From an uncultured Bacilli bacterium (GTDB lineage Bacteria > Bacillota_I > Bacilli_A > RFN20 > CAG-826): 47,909 bases of DNA. Location: positions 1 through 47,909 of the forward strand of contig CAVRMZ010000032.1 of assembly GCA_963722445.1 (NCBI GenBank), given 5' to 3'. The notes under the pieces are model-generated. The model did not search any database, was not told where the DNA came from, and was given only the letters and a program-made list of their open reading frames with translations. The translations under genes were made by a program, and so were the position numbers. Position 1 is the stretch's first letter, and each line of letters starts with the position of its first letter. This document shows positions 36,886-46,487 of this stretch, piece by piece.

Positions 36886-39027
36886 TCAAATATCGAGGTT
36901 CTGCACGAACTTGGCGTTCTTGGAGATAAAGTCTTTGCGCGGCCCGACGTCATCGCCCATGAGCTCGGTGAAAGCCTTGTCGGCTTGGGCCGCGTCATCG
37001 ACGGTGATCCGGATCATCTTGCGGGCTTTGGGGTCCATGGTGGTCTCCCAAAGCTGCTGGGCGTCCATTTCGCCAAGTCCTTTATAGCGTTGGAAGGGGT
37101 AGCCGGCCTTGAGTTCGAGCGCTTTCTTGAGTTGGTCGAGCTGATCGTCGTTATAGGCGTAATAAGACTGGCCCTTAAGGTCGATCTTATAAAGCGGCGG
37201 CTGGGCGATATACACGAAACCGCCATCGATGAGAGGCTTCATGAAACGATAGAAGAACGTGAGCAAGAGAATGCGAATATGGTCACCGTCGACATCGGCA
37301 TCGGTCATGATGACGATTTTGTGGTAGCGAATCTTCGTGACGTCGAAGTTCTCGCGGATGCCCGCGCCGATGGCCGTGATCATGTTGCCGATCTCGGCAT
37401 TCTTGAAGATGCGTTCCTCCGCGGCTTTTTCGACGTTGAGAATTTTGCCTCTTAAGGGCAAAATGGCCTGGGTTTGACGATCGCGCCCGTTCTTGGCACT
37501 GCCGCCGGCGGAGTTGCCCTCGACGATGTAGAGCTCGCAGATGCTCGGGTCTTTCGAGGAACAATCGGCAAGCTTCCCCGGAAGGGTCGTAAGGCCAAGG
37601 CTTGATTTGCGGATGGTCTCACGAGCGACTTGGGCGGCTAGGCGTCCTTTGGTTGCGATTTTGACTTTTTCGATGATGAGTTTCCCTTGATCGGGGTGCT
37701 CCAAAAGGTATTGTTCAAGTTGATCGCCGACGATGGTTGAAACGATCTTGCGGACCTCGCTGTTGCCGAGTTTGGTCTTGGTTTGGCCCTCATACTGCGG
37801 GTTCGGGTGTTTGACGGAAATAACGCAGGTGAGACCCTCGCGGCAGTCATCGGTCGTGAAATTCGAAGCTTTGTCGTCGAGAAGCTTGAATTTGCGGGCA
37901 TAGTCGTTGATCGTGCGGTTGAGGGCAAGGTTGAAGCCCTCGACATGGGTGCCCCCTTCTTTGGTGGAAATGTTGTTGCAGAAAGAATAGACGCCATCGC
38001 TATTGTAATAATCGGTCCACTGCAAGGCCGCCTCGACGTAAATCCTTTCTTTGGTCCCGTCGAGAAGAGTCACCTCTTCGGCGCCTTGGCAATAGATAAC
38101 CTCATTATTGATGGGGAGTTTGCCTTGGTTGATGAAGGAAACGTACTCTTTGATGCCGCCGTTATAAAGGAAAGCCTCGGTGACGGGGGCGTCTTGGCGG
38201 AGATCGGTCAGCGTGATTCTGACCCCGCCGTTAAGGAAGGCCATCTGACGAAGATGGTTCTTGATGGTTTCGTAACTGAAGACCGTGGTTTCGGTAAAGA
38301 TCTCTGGATCTGGCAGGAAGGTGACGGTCGTGCCGTGATCGGTGCAATCGCCAATTCTCTTAAGATGATCCCCGATCTTGCCGCCGTTCGTGAACTTGAT
38401 GTCATAGATGCCGCCGTCTTTATGGACGGTGACCTCCATCCACTTGGAAAGGGCATTGACGACGGAAGCGCCAACGCCATGCAAACCGCCGGAGACCTTA
38501 TAGCCTCCGCCCTCGCCGAATTTGCCGCCGGCATGAAGAATCGTGAAGGCCGTTTCGACGCCGCTAAGCCCCGTCTTGCTGACGATATCGACCGGGACGC
38601 CCCGGCCATCGTCTTGGACAGTCACAGAGCCGTCTTTGTTCAAGGTGACTTCGATGTTTTGGCAGTATCCCGCCAAAGCCTCGTCGATCGAATTGTCGAC
38701 GATTTCCCACACGAGGTGGTGAAGCCCGGCGCTCGCGGTGGTCGCGATATACATGCCCGGACGTTTCCTTACGGCCTCGAGGCCTTCGAGAACCTGAATG
38801 TTGTCGGCCGTGTATTTTTCGTTGGCCTTTTCGGCGTTCTTCTCGTTGGAGACGTCTTCCATCCTGTAGGTGAATTTATCTTCCTCAGCCATGGATTCCT
38901 TGGAGATGCCGCTTTCTTTCGCGGCCTCATCGGTTTCTTCTTGTTCTATCTCGGCTTCCGTCTTCGCGGGGTCTTTCTTGCTTTCCGTGAGATTGAGGTC
39001 GAGCTTTTTCTTTTTGTCATCCGCCAT
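36886..39027 (-). CDS. gyrB: DNA gyrase subunit B
   Basis: LEGLEAVRKRPGMY, EIVDNSIDE, PLRGKILN, MTDADVDG, RYKGLGEM. Confidence 0.98.
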   Translation of the reverse strand: MADDKKKKLDLNLTESKKDPAKTEAEIEQEETDEAAKESGISKESMAEEDKFTYRMEDVSNEKNAEKANEKYTADNIQVLEGLEAVRKRPGMYIATTASAGLHHLVWEIVDNSIDEALAGYCQNIEVTLNKDGSVTVQDDGRGVPVDIVSKTGLSGVETAFTILHAGGKFGEGGGYKVSGGLHGVGASVVNALSKWMEVTVHKDGGIYDIKFTNGGKIGDHLKRIGDCTDHGTTVTFLPDPEIFTETTVFSYETIKNHLRQMAFLNGGVRITLTDLRQDAPVTEAFLYNGGIKEYVSFINQGKLPINNEVIYCQGAEEVTLLDGTKERIYVEAALQWTDYYNSDGVYSFCNNISTKEGGTHVEGFNLALNRTINDYARKFKLLDDKASNFTTDDCREGLTCVISVKHPNPQYEGQTKTKLGNSEVRKIVSTIVGDQLEQYLLEHPDQGKLIIEKVKIATKGRLAAQVARETIRKSSLGLTTLPGKLADCSSKDPSICELYIVEGNSAGGSAKNGRDRQTQAILPLRGKILNVEKAAEERIFKNAEIGNMITAIGAGIRENFDVTKIRYHKIVIMTDADVDGDHIRILLLTFFYRFMKPLIDGGFVYIAQPPLYKIDLKGQSYYAYNDDQLDQLKKALELKAGYPFQRYKGLGEMDAQQLWETTMDPKARKMIRITVDDAAQADKAFTELMGDDVGPRKDFISKNAKFVQNLDI

Positions 39028-39029
39028 AG

Positions 39030-40097
39030 TTATGTCCTCCTTATGGCTTTATGATCGGACACCTCGATAACCGAGGCTCCGTCGATGGAAATTTTGGCCG
39101 CCGTCACAAACGTCTGACCGATTCGCGCGATGAGGCCGCTAAGACGGCGGGAGTGGGTTTCATCCAACTCGCTATAGACATCATCCAGAACCGCGATGGG
39201 TTTCTTCGCCTCGTCTTCGATGAGGAAGAAGGGGGCGAGCTTGAGGGCGATGGCCGCTAAGCGGTTTTCTCCCTGCGACCCATAGGAGGCGATGTCCTTG
39301 CCATCCAAGAGGAGCGAGAAGTCCTCTCGATGGATCCCTAACGACGTTGCTTTGTGGAGAATGTCGCTTTCGAGGGCTTTCTCATAGGCCTTTTTGGCTT
39401 CTTCCTTCCAAGCCGTGTCTTTGACGAAGGGGCGATAGACGATCGTCGCGCTTCGATCGAGCCCATAGAGCTCGCTCGCGAGGCCGCTGAGTATTTTGTT
39501 CAGCTCCCCGACGTAGAACCTCCGATAACGGTCGAGAGGTTCGCTCACTTCGATCATCTGATCGGTCACGACCCCGATATAGGTGCGATCCGGCTTGGCG
39601 CGTTTGAGAGCGGCGTTCCTTTCATCGAGCAGGCGATTGTATTTCCCGATAAGCGAGAAGTAGTCAAGGGATTGCTTGGAGAGGTTTAAGTCCAGGAAGT
39701 TCCTTCTTTCGGCCGGGGGGCCTTTGAAAATCGTGGTGTCCTCAGGGGAAAAAAGAATCACATTCACGAGCCTGGAGAGCTCGCTAAGACGATGAATCGG
39801 TTTGCCATTGATGGAGATCCTCCGTCCGGTAAGGGTAAGAACAATCTCGATTTCGCGGACGAGATCCCGTTCCTCGATCCGAGCTAAGATTCGGGCGTTA
39901 CTGGAGCCGTTTTTGATTAAGGCTTCTTGCTCGTTCGTGCGCCAGCTTTTAGCTAAGCTCAAGTAATAGATGGCTTCGACGAGGTTCGTCTTACCTTCGC
40001 CGTTGGCCCCCTCGATGACGTTAAGCTTCGAAGTGAAGTCTAAAGACAGCGAAGGATAGTTCCGGAAATCCCGGAGCTCGAGGTGAGTGACGTTCAT
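39030..40097 (-). CDS. recF: DNA replication/repair protein RecF
   Basis: FRNY, GANGEGKTN, GSQGENR, LDDVYSELD. Confidence 0.95.
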   Translation of the reverse strand: MNVTHLELRDFRNYPSLSLDFTSKLNVIEGANGEGKTNLVEAIYYLSLAKSWRTNEQEALIKNGSSNARILARIEERDLVREIEIVLTLTGRRISINGKPIHRLSELSRLVNVILFSPEDTTIFKGPPAERRNFLDLNLSKQSLDYFSLIGKYNRLLDERNAALKRAKPDRTYIGVVTDQMIEVSEPLDRYRRFYVGELNKILSGLASELYGLDRSATIVYRPFVKDTAWKEEAKKAYEKALESDILHKATSLGIHREDFSLLLDGKDIASYGSQGENRLAAIALKLAPFFLIEDEAKKPIAVLDDVYSELDETHSRRLSGLIARIGQTFVTAAKISIDGASVIEVSDHKAIRRT

Positions 40098-40330
40098 TTG
40101 CTCGCGATTTCGTAAGAATCGGAACCAACCTGAACGGCGTCGCCGGGACGAATCTTTCGCCCCCGTCGAGTTTCCTTTGTTCCCCCGACCATGACGTCGT
40201 GGGACGAAAGAAAGCTTTTGGCCATTCCGCCTTGGTCGATGATACGGGCGAACTTCAAAAACTGCCCGAGGGTAATGTACTCGCCCTCGATGGCAATTTT
40301 TTTAACGTTAGCCGACGTGTCTTTCACCAC
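40094..40330 (-). CDS. yaaA: S4-domain protein YaaA
   Basis: YITLGQFLK..GGMAK..ETRRGRKI; canonical position between dnaN and recF. Confidence 0.92.
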   Translation of the reverse strand: MVKDTSANVKKIAIEGEYITLGQFLKFARIIDQGGMAKSFLSSHDVMVGGTKETRRGRKIRPGDAVQVGSDSYEIASK

Positions 40331-40414
40331 GGGTATATTTTACTACTACGTAGTAAAAAAAGGAATGGCTTTCCACTCCTTATTTAAGGCAGTTTTTAAA
40401 TTGCCTCTAAAACC

Positions 40415-41536
40415 TTATCTCGTCCTCATTGGGGTGATTAACTCCACGATGGAGTCATCTTTGGGGTCTTTGATGACAAACGGTTTCATTTCCCCGATAA
40501 ACGAAAGAACGACGTCTTCGCTTCCGAGGGCTCTTACGGCCTGGCTCACAAACGCGGCGTTAAAGGCGATATCAAGGCGCTCCCCTGTATATTGAATCGT
40601 GGTGAGTTTTTCGGCGCCTGACCCGGTCTGGTCGCTTGAGGACGAGACTTCAACGCTGTCCTGAGCCATTGAAAGAAGCACGACGGCGGCGCGGTCGGTC
40701 GAAAGAACGGCAACGCGATCAACGGCATTGAGAAGCTGCTGGGCGTTCACCTCAAGGAAATAATTGAAATTCTGCGGAATGATGGAGCTCGAAACCGGGT
40801 AATCCCCCGAAATAAGGCGGCTCGAGACGAGGGTCGTCCCAAAACTCAGGATGACTTTGTCGGCCGAAGCGTTGATTTCGACATCCGACCCCGCCTCAAA
40901 AAGTTTGGTGACATCGATCAAGGTTCGAGCGGGGATGTTCGCGGAGAAACGCAAAGAAGGATCCACCGGAATGCTCTTTCTCGAAAGACGGGCGCTGTCG
41001 GTCGCGGTGGCCGTCAATTTGCCAGCCTCGGCTTTCAGGTTAATCGCCATGAGAATCGGGCGGGTTTCTTTGTCGAGGGCGGCAAAGGCCGTCTGCTCCA
41101 CAAGCCGCGTCAAATCGGCCGAATGGATGGTGAAACCGCTTCCGGTTTTCTCCATATCGATATCCGGATACTCGTCGGCGGTTTGGCAATTCAGTTTGAA
41201 CGTGGTCTTCCCGTCATCGATCTTCGCCATGCTTTCATCGATGATCTCAAGGGAGATTTCTTCTCCTTCGAGTTTGCGAATGACTTCGGAGATGATGTGC
41301 GCGTTGATCAGGATGGCCCCTAGGGATGAATTGCGAATTATTTCTTTGTCGTTAAGCGTTGGCGGGATTAAAGTCCAAATCGAAATGTCGTCGTTAGAAG
41401 CCGTAATCTCCAAACCGCGGTTTGTCATTTCTAACTTGAAATTTAGCAAAGTCGGAGTCACGGATTTGGAACCGATGGCATGTCCGGCGATCAGTAAGCC
41501 TTTCAGAAATTGTTCTTTTTGGATTGTGAAACGCAT
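40415..41536 (-). CDS. dnaN: DNA polymerase III beta clamp
   Basis: ATDSARLS, SRLISGDYP, IAFNA, C-terminal LITPMR; follows dnaA. Confidence 0.96.
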   Translation of the reverse strand: MRFTIQKEQFLKGLLIAGHAIGSKSVTPTLLNFKLEMTNRGLEITASNDDISIWTLIPPTLNDKEIIRNSSLGAILINAHIISEVIRKLEGEEISLEIIDESMAKIDDGKTTFKLNCQTADEYPDIDMEKTGSGFTIHSADLTRLVEQTAFAALDKETRPILMAINLKAEAGKLTATATDSARLSRKSIPVDPSLRFSANIPARTLIDVTKLFEAGSDVEINASADKVILSFGTTLVSSRLISGDYPVSSSIIPQNFNYFLEVNAQQLLNAVDRVAVLSTDRAAVVLLSMAQDSVEVSSSSDQTGSGAEKLTTIQYTGERLDIAFNAAFVSQAVRALGSEDVVLSFIGEMKPFVIKDPKDDSIVELITPMRTR

Positions 41537-41560
41537 ATCTGATACTCTCCTTCTTTTTTG

Positions 41561-41607
41561 GAATACTAATACTACTTATTACTAATCTCTGTGGAAACGG
41601 TGGACAA
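41561..41607 (-). other. oriC unwinding module: two DnaA-box-like sites plus DnaA-trio-like repeats
   Basis: In dnaA orientation TTGTCCACC, GTTTCCACA, then TTA-GTA-ATA-A-GTA-GTA-TTA-GTA just upstream of dnaN. Confidence 0.7.
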
Positions 41608-41689
41608 GTGGTGTGATGATGTTCTTTCTACGTTGCGTATATTGTACCATGAACGGAAGAGCGAGCGCTAGATTCTCTTCGGTGCTTTC

Positions 41690-43048
41690 TCACGCTTTAA
41701 GCCGACCTTGAAGTTCAGAGACAGCCTTCTGAAGATTGCGATCGTCCTTGAGGGATTTTTCCACTTTGGATACACCATTCATCACCGTTGCGTGATCTTT
41801 GCCTCCGAAGGACTCTCCGATCTTGGTAAATGGGACATCCAGAAGCGTTCGGATGAGATACATGGCGATGTGTCGCGCCAGGGCGATTTGGCTTGTTCGT
41901 ATCTTGCCGGTTAATTGATAAGGGGCAAGGTTATAGTAATCGGCCACGATGTTGATGATTTTCTCTTCCGAGAGCTTAGTCTTGTCGTTTTGGACGTCCA
42001 CCAAGCTTTGAACTGAATCCATGGCGGTATTAAGATCGACGTGCTTGGTTGGATGAATGTTGACGGTATAGAAGAGAAGGCGGTCAAATGCCCCCTCGAG
42101 TTCCCGAACGTTTTTATGAAACCTTTCGGCGAAATAGCTGATGACTTCAGGATCGAAATCAGAAACGCTAAGGCCATTTGCTTCGATTCTCAATTTAAGA
42201 ATGGACTCACAGGTCTCTTTTTCGGGGGCGTTAATGGAAAGCGGGAGCCCTTGCACGAAACGGGATTTGAGTCTTTCGTCGAGCCCGTTTAGTTTGCTTG
42301 GATGCTGATCGGACGTTAAAACGACCTGTTTTCCCGCCGCGTAGAAATTGTTATAAATCGAAAAAAAGGTTTCCTCGGTTTTCTGCTTGTTGACCAAGAA
42401 TTGGACATCATCGACAAGGAGGACATCCACCGAATCCTTAAACCAATCGACGATGTTGTTGTCGCCTTTGTCGCCGGTGACGTATTTGACGTATTCATTA
42501 AGGAATTCCTGGGCGTGAACATAAAGAACGCGCATATTCGGGAACTTCTCTTTGATCGAATTGCCAATCGCATGCAAAAGATGGGTTTTGCCCAGCCCCG
42601 AGTCCCCATATATAAGGATAGGGTTATAAAGTTTCCCCGGGTTTTGAGACACCATCAAAGAGGCTTGGTAAGCTTCGCGGTTGGAAGGCCCCACCACGAA
42701 AGTCTTGAACGTATATTGGGGGTTCAGATAACTATCCGCGAAATAGGCGGGCTTGACCGGTTTGGCCTCAACGGTTTTTTTAACGTCTTCGAGTTTGACG
42801 AATTTTATTTCGAAGTTCGATTCGGTAGCCTCTTTGGCCACTTCATCCACCATGTCTTTGTATTTCGTGGAAAGAATCTGGACGGCAAGGCCAGAATTGG
42901 CCACCACGATCATTTGGTTTCCGCGGATGGAGTCAATGTAACTGCCATCGAAAAAGGAATCATAGACAAGCGGGTCATCCATCCGATCTTTTATTTTCAG
43001 AAGTATTCGATCCCAGAGCGCCGCAATCTCGCTGATGCTTTTTTCCAT
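41690..43048 (-). CDS. dnaA: Chromosomal replication initiator DnaA
   Basis: YTFKTFVVGPSN, GDSGLGKTHL, DDVQF, NVRELEGA, GGKDHATV. Start set at MEKSISE (43048) because the upstream extension runs through DnaA boxes. Confidence 0.97.
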   Translation of the reverse strand: MEKSISEIAALWDRILLKIKDRMDDPLVYDSFFDGSYIDSIRGNQMIVVANSGLAVQILSTKYKDMVDEVAKEATESNFEIKFVKLEDVKKTVEAKPVKPAYFADSYLNPQYTFKTFVVGPSNREAYQASLMVSQNPGKLYNPILIYGDSGLGKTHLLHAIGNSIKEKFPNMRVLYVHAQEFLNEYVKYVTGDKGDNNIVDWFKDSVDVLLVDDVQFLVNKQKTEETFFSIYNNFYAAGKQVVLTSDQHPSKLNGLDERLKSRFVQGLPLSINAPEKETCESILKLRIEANGLSVSDFDPEVISYFAERFHKNVRELEGAFDRLLFYTVNIHPTKHVDLNTAMDSVQSLVDVQNDKTKLSEEKIINIVADYYNLAPYQLTGKIRTSQIALARHIAMYLIRTLLDVPFTKIGESFGGKDHATVMNGVSKVEKSLKDDRNLQKAVSELQGRLKA

Positions 43049-43072
43049 AAATGTAACCGACAAAAATCTAAC

Positions 43073-43489
43073 ATATCCACAGAGGCAACTCACGCAAAAA
43101 TACCTAAAAAACGATTTATCCACAATTCTGGTTTCAAAAACCCCACGTAACGGGCACCCAAAACGTTTTCAACAAAATGAGTAAAGTGAATAAATTGTGG
43201 ATAAGTTCGATCAGTTTTTTGCCTTGTGGGAAACGGCCAAAAACAATGACTTATCCACACTTAATATATAGGGAATAAAGAACATTCCATCGCCATTGTG
43301 CCCCATTGGTTAACCGGTATGGGAAAAGTTTCCCCGCCTCTTGTTGATTGTTTATTAAAGATAAGAAGCCACCGCTTTGGATCGTGAGGAATCAACCAAT
43401 TCTAGATATTTGGCAACGTAAGCGGTTTCATTCGTTAAAAACAATCCTTTTTATTTCGTTCCCATTTTCAAACAACGGGGTTATCCACA
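43073..43489. promoter_or_regulatory. DnaA box cluster upstream of dnaA (oriC)
   Basis: Perfect TTATCCACA at 43116, 43251 and 43481; TGTGGATAA at 43196; near-matches at 43073, 43166, 43185 and 43225. Confidence 0.9.
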
Positions 43490-43565
43490 ATTTACGAACG
43501 GGAATTATCTTTTCCTGTTTTGGAGTAAGAATTAAGTATCTCTTGCGCGTACGTGTATTTCTTTA

Positions 43566-43594
43566 TTGTCTTAAAACCTTCCAAAACCTATAAT
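43566..43594 (+). promoter_or_regulatory. SigA promoter of the rpmH operon
   Basis: TTGTCT-17 bp-TATAAT. Confidence 0.7.
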
Positions 43595-43630
43595 CTATCC
43601 GCACGCAAGTGAACCTCGGAGGAAAAGGAT

Positions 43631-43765
43631 ATGAAGAAAACGTACCAACCGTCTAAAGTGAAGCATGCCAATATGGCCGGCTTCCGTGCCAGGATGGCGA
43701 CCCCAGGCGGCCGCAGTGTTCTTGCACGTCGCAGAGCGAAGGGCAGAGCCAAAATTGCCGACTGA
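43631..43765 (+). CDS. rpmH: 50S ribosomal protein L34
   Basis: Not in the ORF track. [44 protein letters not shown], with GGAGG SD. Confidence 0.96.
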   Translation: MKKTYQPSKVKHANMAGFRARMATPGGRSVLARRRAKGRAKIAD

Positions 43766-43804
43766 TTCCTGCTCAGGCAGGATTTTCGGTTTTTAGAGGG
43801 ATCG

Positions 43805-44137
43805 ATGAAAAGAGCTAACCGGATCCTAAAACATCAGGAATTCGATGAGATCATCCGTTCCTCCCCCTTCATCAAAAGCCAACACTTTGTCGTTCATTTT
43901 CGCAAAAACGAAAAAAAGCTCGCCCGAATCGGCGTTCTTGTTTCCAAAAGGAACGGAAACGCCGTGATTCGGAATAAGATAAAGCGTCAAATCCGCGCCA
44001 TCGTTGGAACCCATTTGGATTTATCCAAACAACTTGATCTCATTATTGTCGCTCGAACCACGTATGACATCGCGAAATTCCACGATGAGGAAACGGAACT
44101 GGCTTCCTCGTTAGCGAAGATCGGAGAAAAAAATTGA
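43805..44137 (+). CDS. rnpA: Ribonuclease P protein component
   Basis: RIGVLVSKRNGNAVIRNKIKRQIR (RNR-type motif); canonical position. Confidence 0.95.
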   Translation: MKRANRILKHQEFDEIIRSSPFIKSQHFVVHFRKNEKKLARIGVLVSKRNGNAVIRNKIKRQIRAIVGTHLDLSKQLDLIIVARTTYDIAKFHDEETELASSLAKIGEKN

Positions 44138-45753
44138 AAAAAAGCACCAAAGCAAAAATCCTCGGCGGGATGGCCTTGTTGGCTGGGGCCGTCATGCTTT
44201 CAAGCTGCACCGCGAATTTCTGCTCCAACCTCGACAAAGCCAACATTGCATATCCATACGAACAAGGGGTCACGGTTTATTGCTCTGAAGCCCAGATTCC
44301 TGATGGATACAAAGACGCTTCATTAAGCTGGCAGCCTTTTAAAGACGAAGGAAATATCGACCTTTGGGCTTATATCCCTGTTAATTCTTCGGGATTTTAC
44401 GCCGCCAAGAAGGCGACGTATCTTACGAATACCGTCATCGCTTCCGCTTCAAGCAGTAATTACAACATTCCCTCTTATGATTATTGGAAAGGCATGGATC
44501 AAAAGCTTTTGGATGCCGCCGTTTCCCAATACGCCACCGAAAAGAAAAAAGACGTTTCAGTCGTTAAAAAAACCATTACAGCGACCGGAACAATCGACGG
44601 AACGGTCATTGGGCTTAACCCTTTCGATCAGCCGGATGTTCTTGGAAACGAAACCGGAATTACCGTTATTAGCGATGGCGTTTTAAGGAATTACGGTTAT
44701 CTAAAGTTCTATGGCGCCGATGGCAACAACTGGACGAATTGGGATGCTTGGACAGCCGAACTTAAGTCTTCCTTAGGCGCCGGAGTTTGTCCTAATACCG
44801 ACTTCACCGGAATCTATAAAAACGACGTGAATTCCATCATTAACACAGCTCGCACTTGCATTGCCACCCGCGACGGAAGCTATGGCCACTATGGCAACAG
44901 TTCCAACTGGGCGGTTCAGATTTCCTCAACTACTTGGGGCCAAGCTTGGGGCAAGGGTTTCCTTGAAGGTTTGATTGTTTACCCGATTGCTTGGATGGTG
45001 GACACTTTCTCATTCTCTTTGGATGCCAACCTAACGGGATGGGGCCAAATCTGGGCCATCGTCTTCGTTACTCTTATCGTCCGCTTCTTGCTTATGGGGC
45101 TGACCTTTAAGAGCACGCTCGACCAACAGAAGACGCAAGCTCTGCAACCGCAGCTTGCCAAGCTTCAGGCCAAGTATCCGAACAGCGACACCAACAAATC
45201 AGAAAAAGCCCGCCTTACTCAAGAGACGATGGCTCTATATAAGCGAAACAAAATCAATATGGCCTCTACGATTATTGGCGTTTTATTCCAGCTCCCTATT
45301 TTCATCGCGGTGTGGGGCGCTCTTCAAGGCAGCGCCGTTTTGTCTTCAGGCGAATTCCTTAATCTCCGTCTTTCGGATAGCATTCAATCCGTTATTTTCA
45401 ACTTCTCTGGAGGCTGGTACGTCAACACCACGGGTTGGTGGACGGCCCTTGTTCTCTTCGTTCTCATGGCGGGTTTCCAATGGGTCAGCATGATGCTCCC
45501 GCAATGGATGACCAAAGCCAGAACCAAAAACATCGCCAAGATCTCGGCCAACCCAGCCAAAGACAAAAACTCTCAGACCATGAAATGGGTCATGTATGGC
45601 ATGCTGATCTTCACGATCATCATGGGCTTTGCCTTACCGGCCGCCATGGGAGTTTATTGGGCTATCGGCGCTATTATTTCCATGATTCAGACGCTTATTA
45701 CGCAATACTTCATGGCGCGTCACGACAAAAAGCTTAAAGAAGGAAGGATATAA
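44134..45753 (+). CDS. yidC: Membrane insertase YidC/Oxa1, lipoprotein with a large ectodomain
   Basis: TTG start, lipobox LSSC, TLIVRFLL, LQPQLAKLQAKY, QLPIFIAVW, AAMGVYW. Confidence 0.92.
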   Translation: MKKSTKAKILGGMALLAGAVMLSSCTANFCSNLDKANIAYPYEQGVTVYCSEAQIPDGYKDASLSWQPFKDEGNIDLWAYIPVNSSGFYAAKKATYLTNTVIASASSSNYNIPSYDYWKGMDQKLLDAAVSQYATEKKKDVSVVKKTITATGTIDGTVIGLNPFDQPDVLGNETGITVISDGVLRNYGYLKFYGADGNNWTNWDAWTAELKSSLGAGVCPNTDFTGIYKNDVNSIINTARTCIATRDGSYGHYGNSSNWAVQISSTTWGQAWGKGFLEGLIVYPIAWMVDTFSFSLDANLTGWGQIWAIVFVTLIVRFLLMGLTFKSTLDQQKTQALQPQLAKLQAKYPNSDTNKSEKARLTQETMALYKRNKINMASTIIGVLFQLPIFIAVWGALQGSAVLSSGEFLNLRLSDSIQSVIFNFSGGWYVNTTGWWTALVLFVLMAGFQWVSMMLPQWMTKARTKNIAKISANPAKDKNSQTMKWVMYGMLIFTIIMGFALPAAMGVYWAIGAIISMIQTLITQYFMARHDKKLKEGRI

Positions 45754-45756
45754 AAT

Positions 45757-46356
45757 ATGAAGCAGTACACGAACAAGACCGTTGAGGATTGCCTTGCGGA
45801 CGCGAGCAAGGAGCTCGCCGTCACGTCGGATCAACTCGTTTACCGCGTTGTCGAAGAAAAGAAAGGCCTTTTCTCCAAGAAGGCCACGATTGAGGTCTAT
45901 GAAGTCAATGATGCCGTGGCCTTTGCTCAAGACTATCTCAAAACCGCGATCGGAGGGATGGGCGTTGCCATTACCACCGAAGCCAAAGTCGAAGAGGACA
46001 TCATCCATATCACGATTAATTCTGAACGCAACCCGGTTCTCATCGGGAAAAACGGCCGCACGCTTCAATCCTTGAATGAACTTGATCGTCTTGCGGTCAG
46101 CAATAAGTTTCGTCATCGGTATCGGATTCTTCTCGATGTCGGCGGCTATAAAGAGGATAAATATTCTCGCATCGCTTACATCGCCAAAAAGACCGCCAAC
46201 GACGTTCTCAAAAGCCACGTTGATGTGAAGATGGATCCGATGACGCCGGACGAGAGAAGGGTTATTCATAACACTCTTAGCGGCTTGGATCACATTAAAA
46301 CCGAATCTTCGGGCGAAGGGCCCGATCGGGCTGTGACGATTAAATACGTCGAATAA
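45757..46356 (+). CDS. jag: Jag/KhpB (EloR) RNA-binding protein
   Basis: Jag_N KKGLF, KH LIGKNGRTL, R3H ERRVIH...SSGEG. Confidence 0.93.
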   Translation: MKQYTNKTVEDCLADASKELAVTSDQLVYRVVEEKKGLFSKKATIEVYEVNDAVAFAQDYLKTAIGGMGVAITTEAKVEEDIIHITINSERNPVLIGKNGRTLQSLNELDRLAVSNKFRHRYRILLDVGGYKEDKYSRIAYIAKKTANDVLKSHVDVKMDPMTPDERRVIHNTLSGLDHIKTESSGEGPDRAVTIKYVE

Positions 46357-46365
46357 TAAAATCCT

Positions 46366-46398
46366 AAAGAAGCGGGCTTAGCGGCCCGCTTCTTTTTT
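46366..46398 (+). terminator. Intrinsic terminator after jag
   Basis: AAAGAAGCGGGC-ttagcg-GCCCGCTTCTTTTTT. Confidence 0.88.
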
Positions 46399-46487
46399 GG
46401 TTTCGTTAAAAGGGGACACTACTTTATTCTCTTCCAAAAAAGAACCTGGCGAACGCGAGAAACCCCTAACCCTCGTATAATATAATT

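Noticed and set aside
35605-39054. Long antisense ORFs (35605-36618, 37783-39054; similarly 28033-28977 and 42401-43150)
   Set aside because: Shadow frames opposite well-supported genes, expected from GC-rich codon usage.
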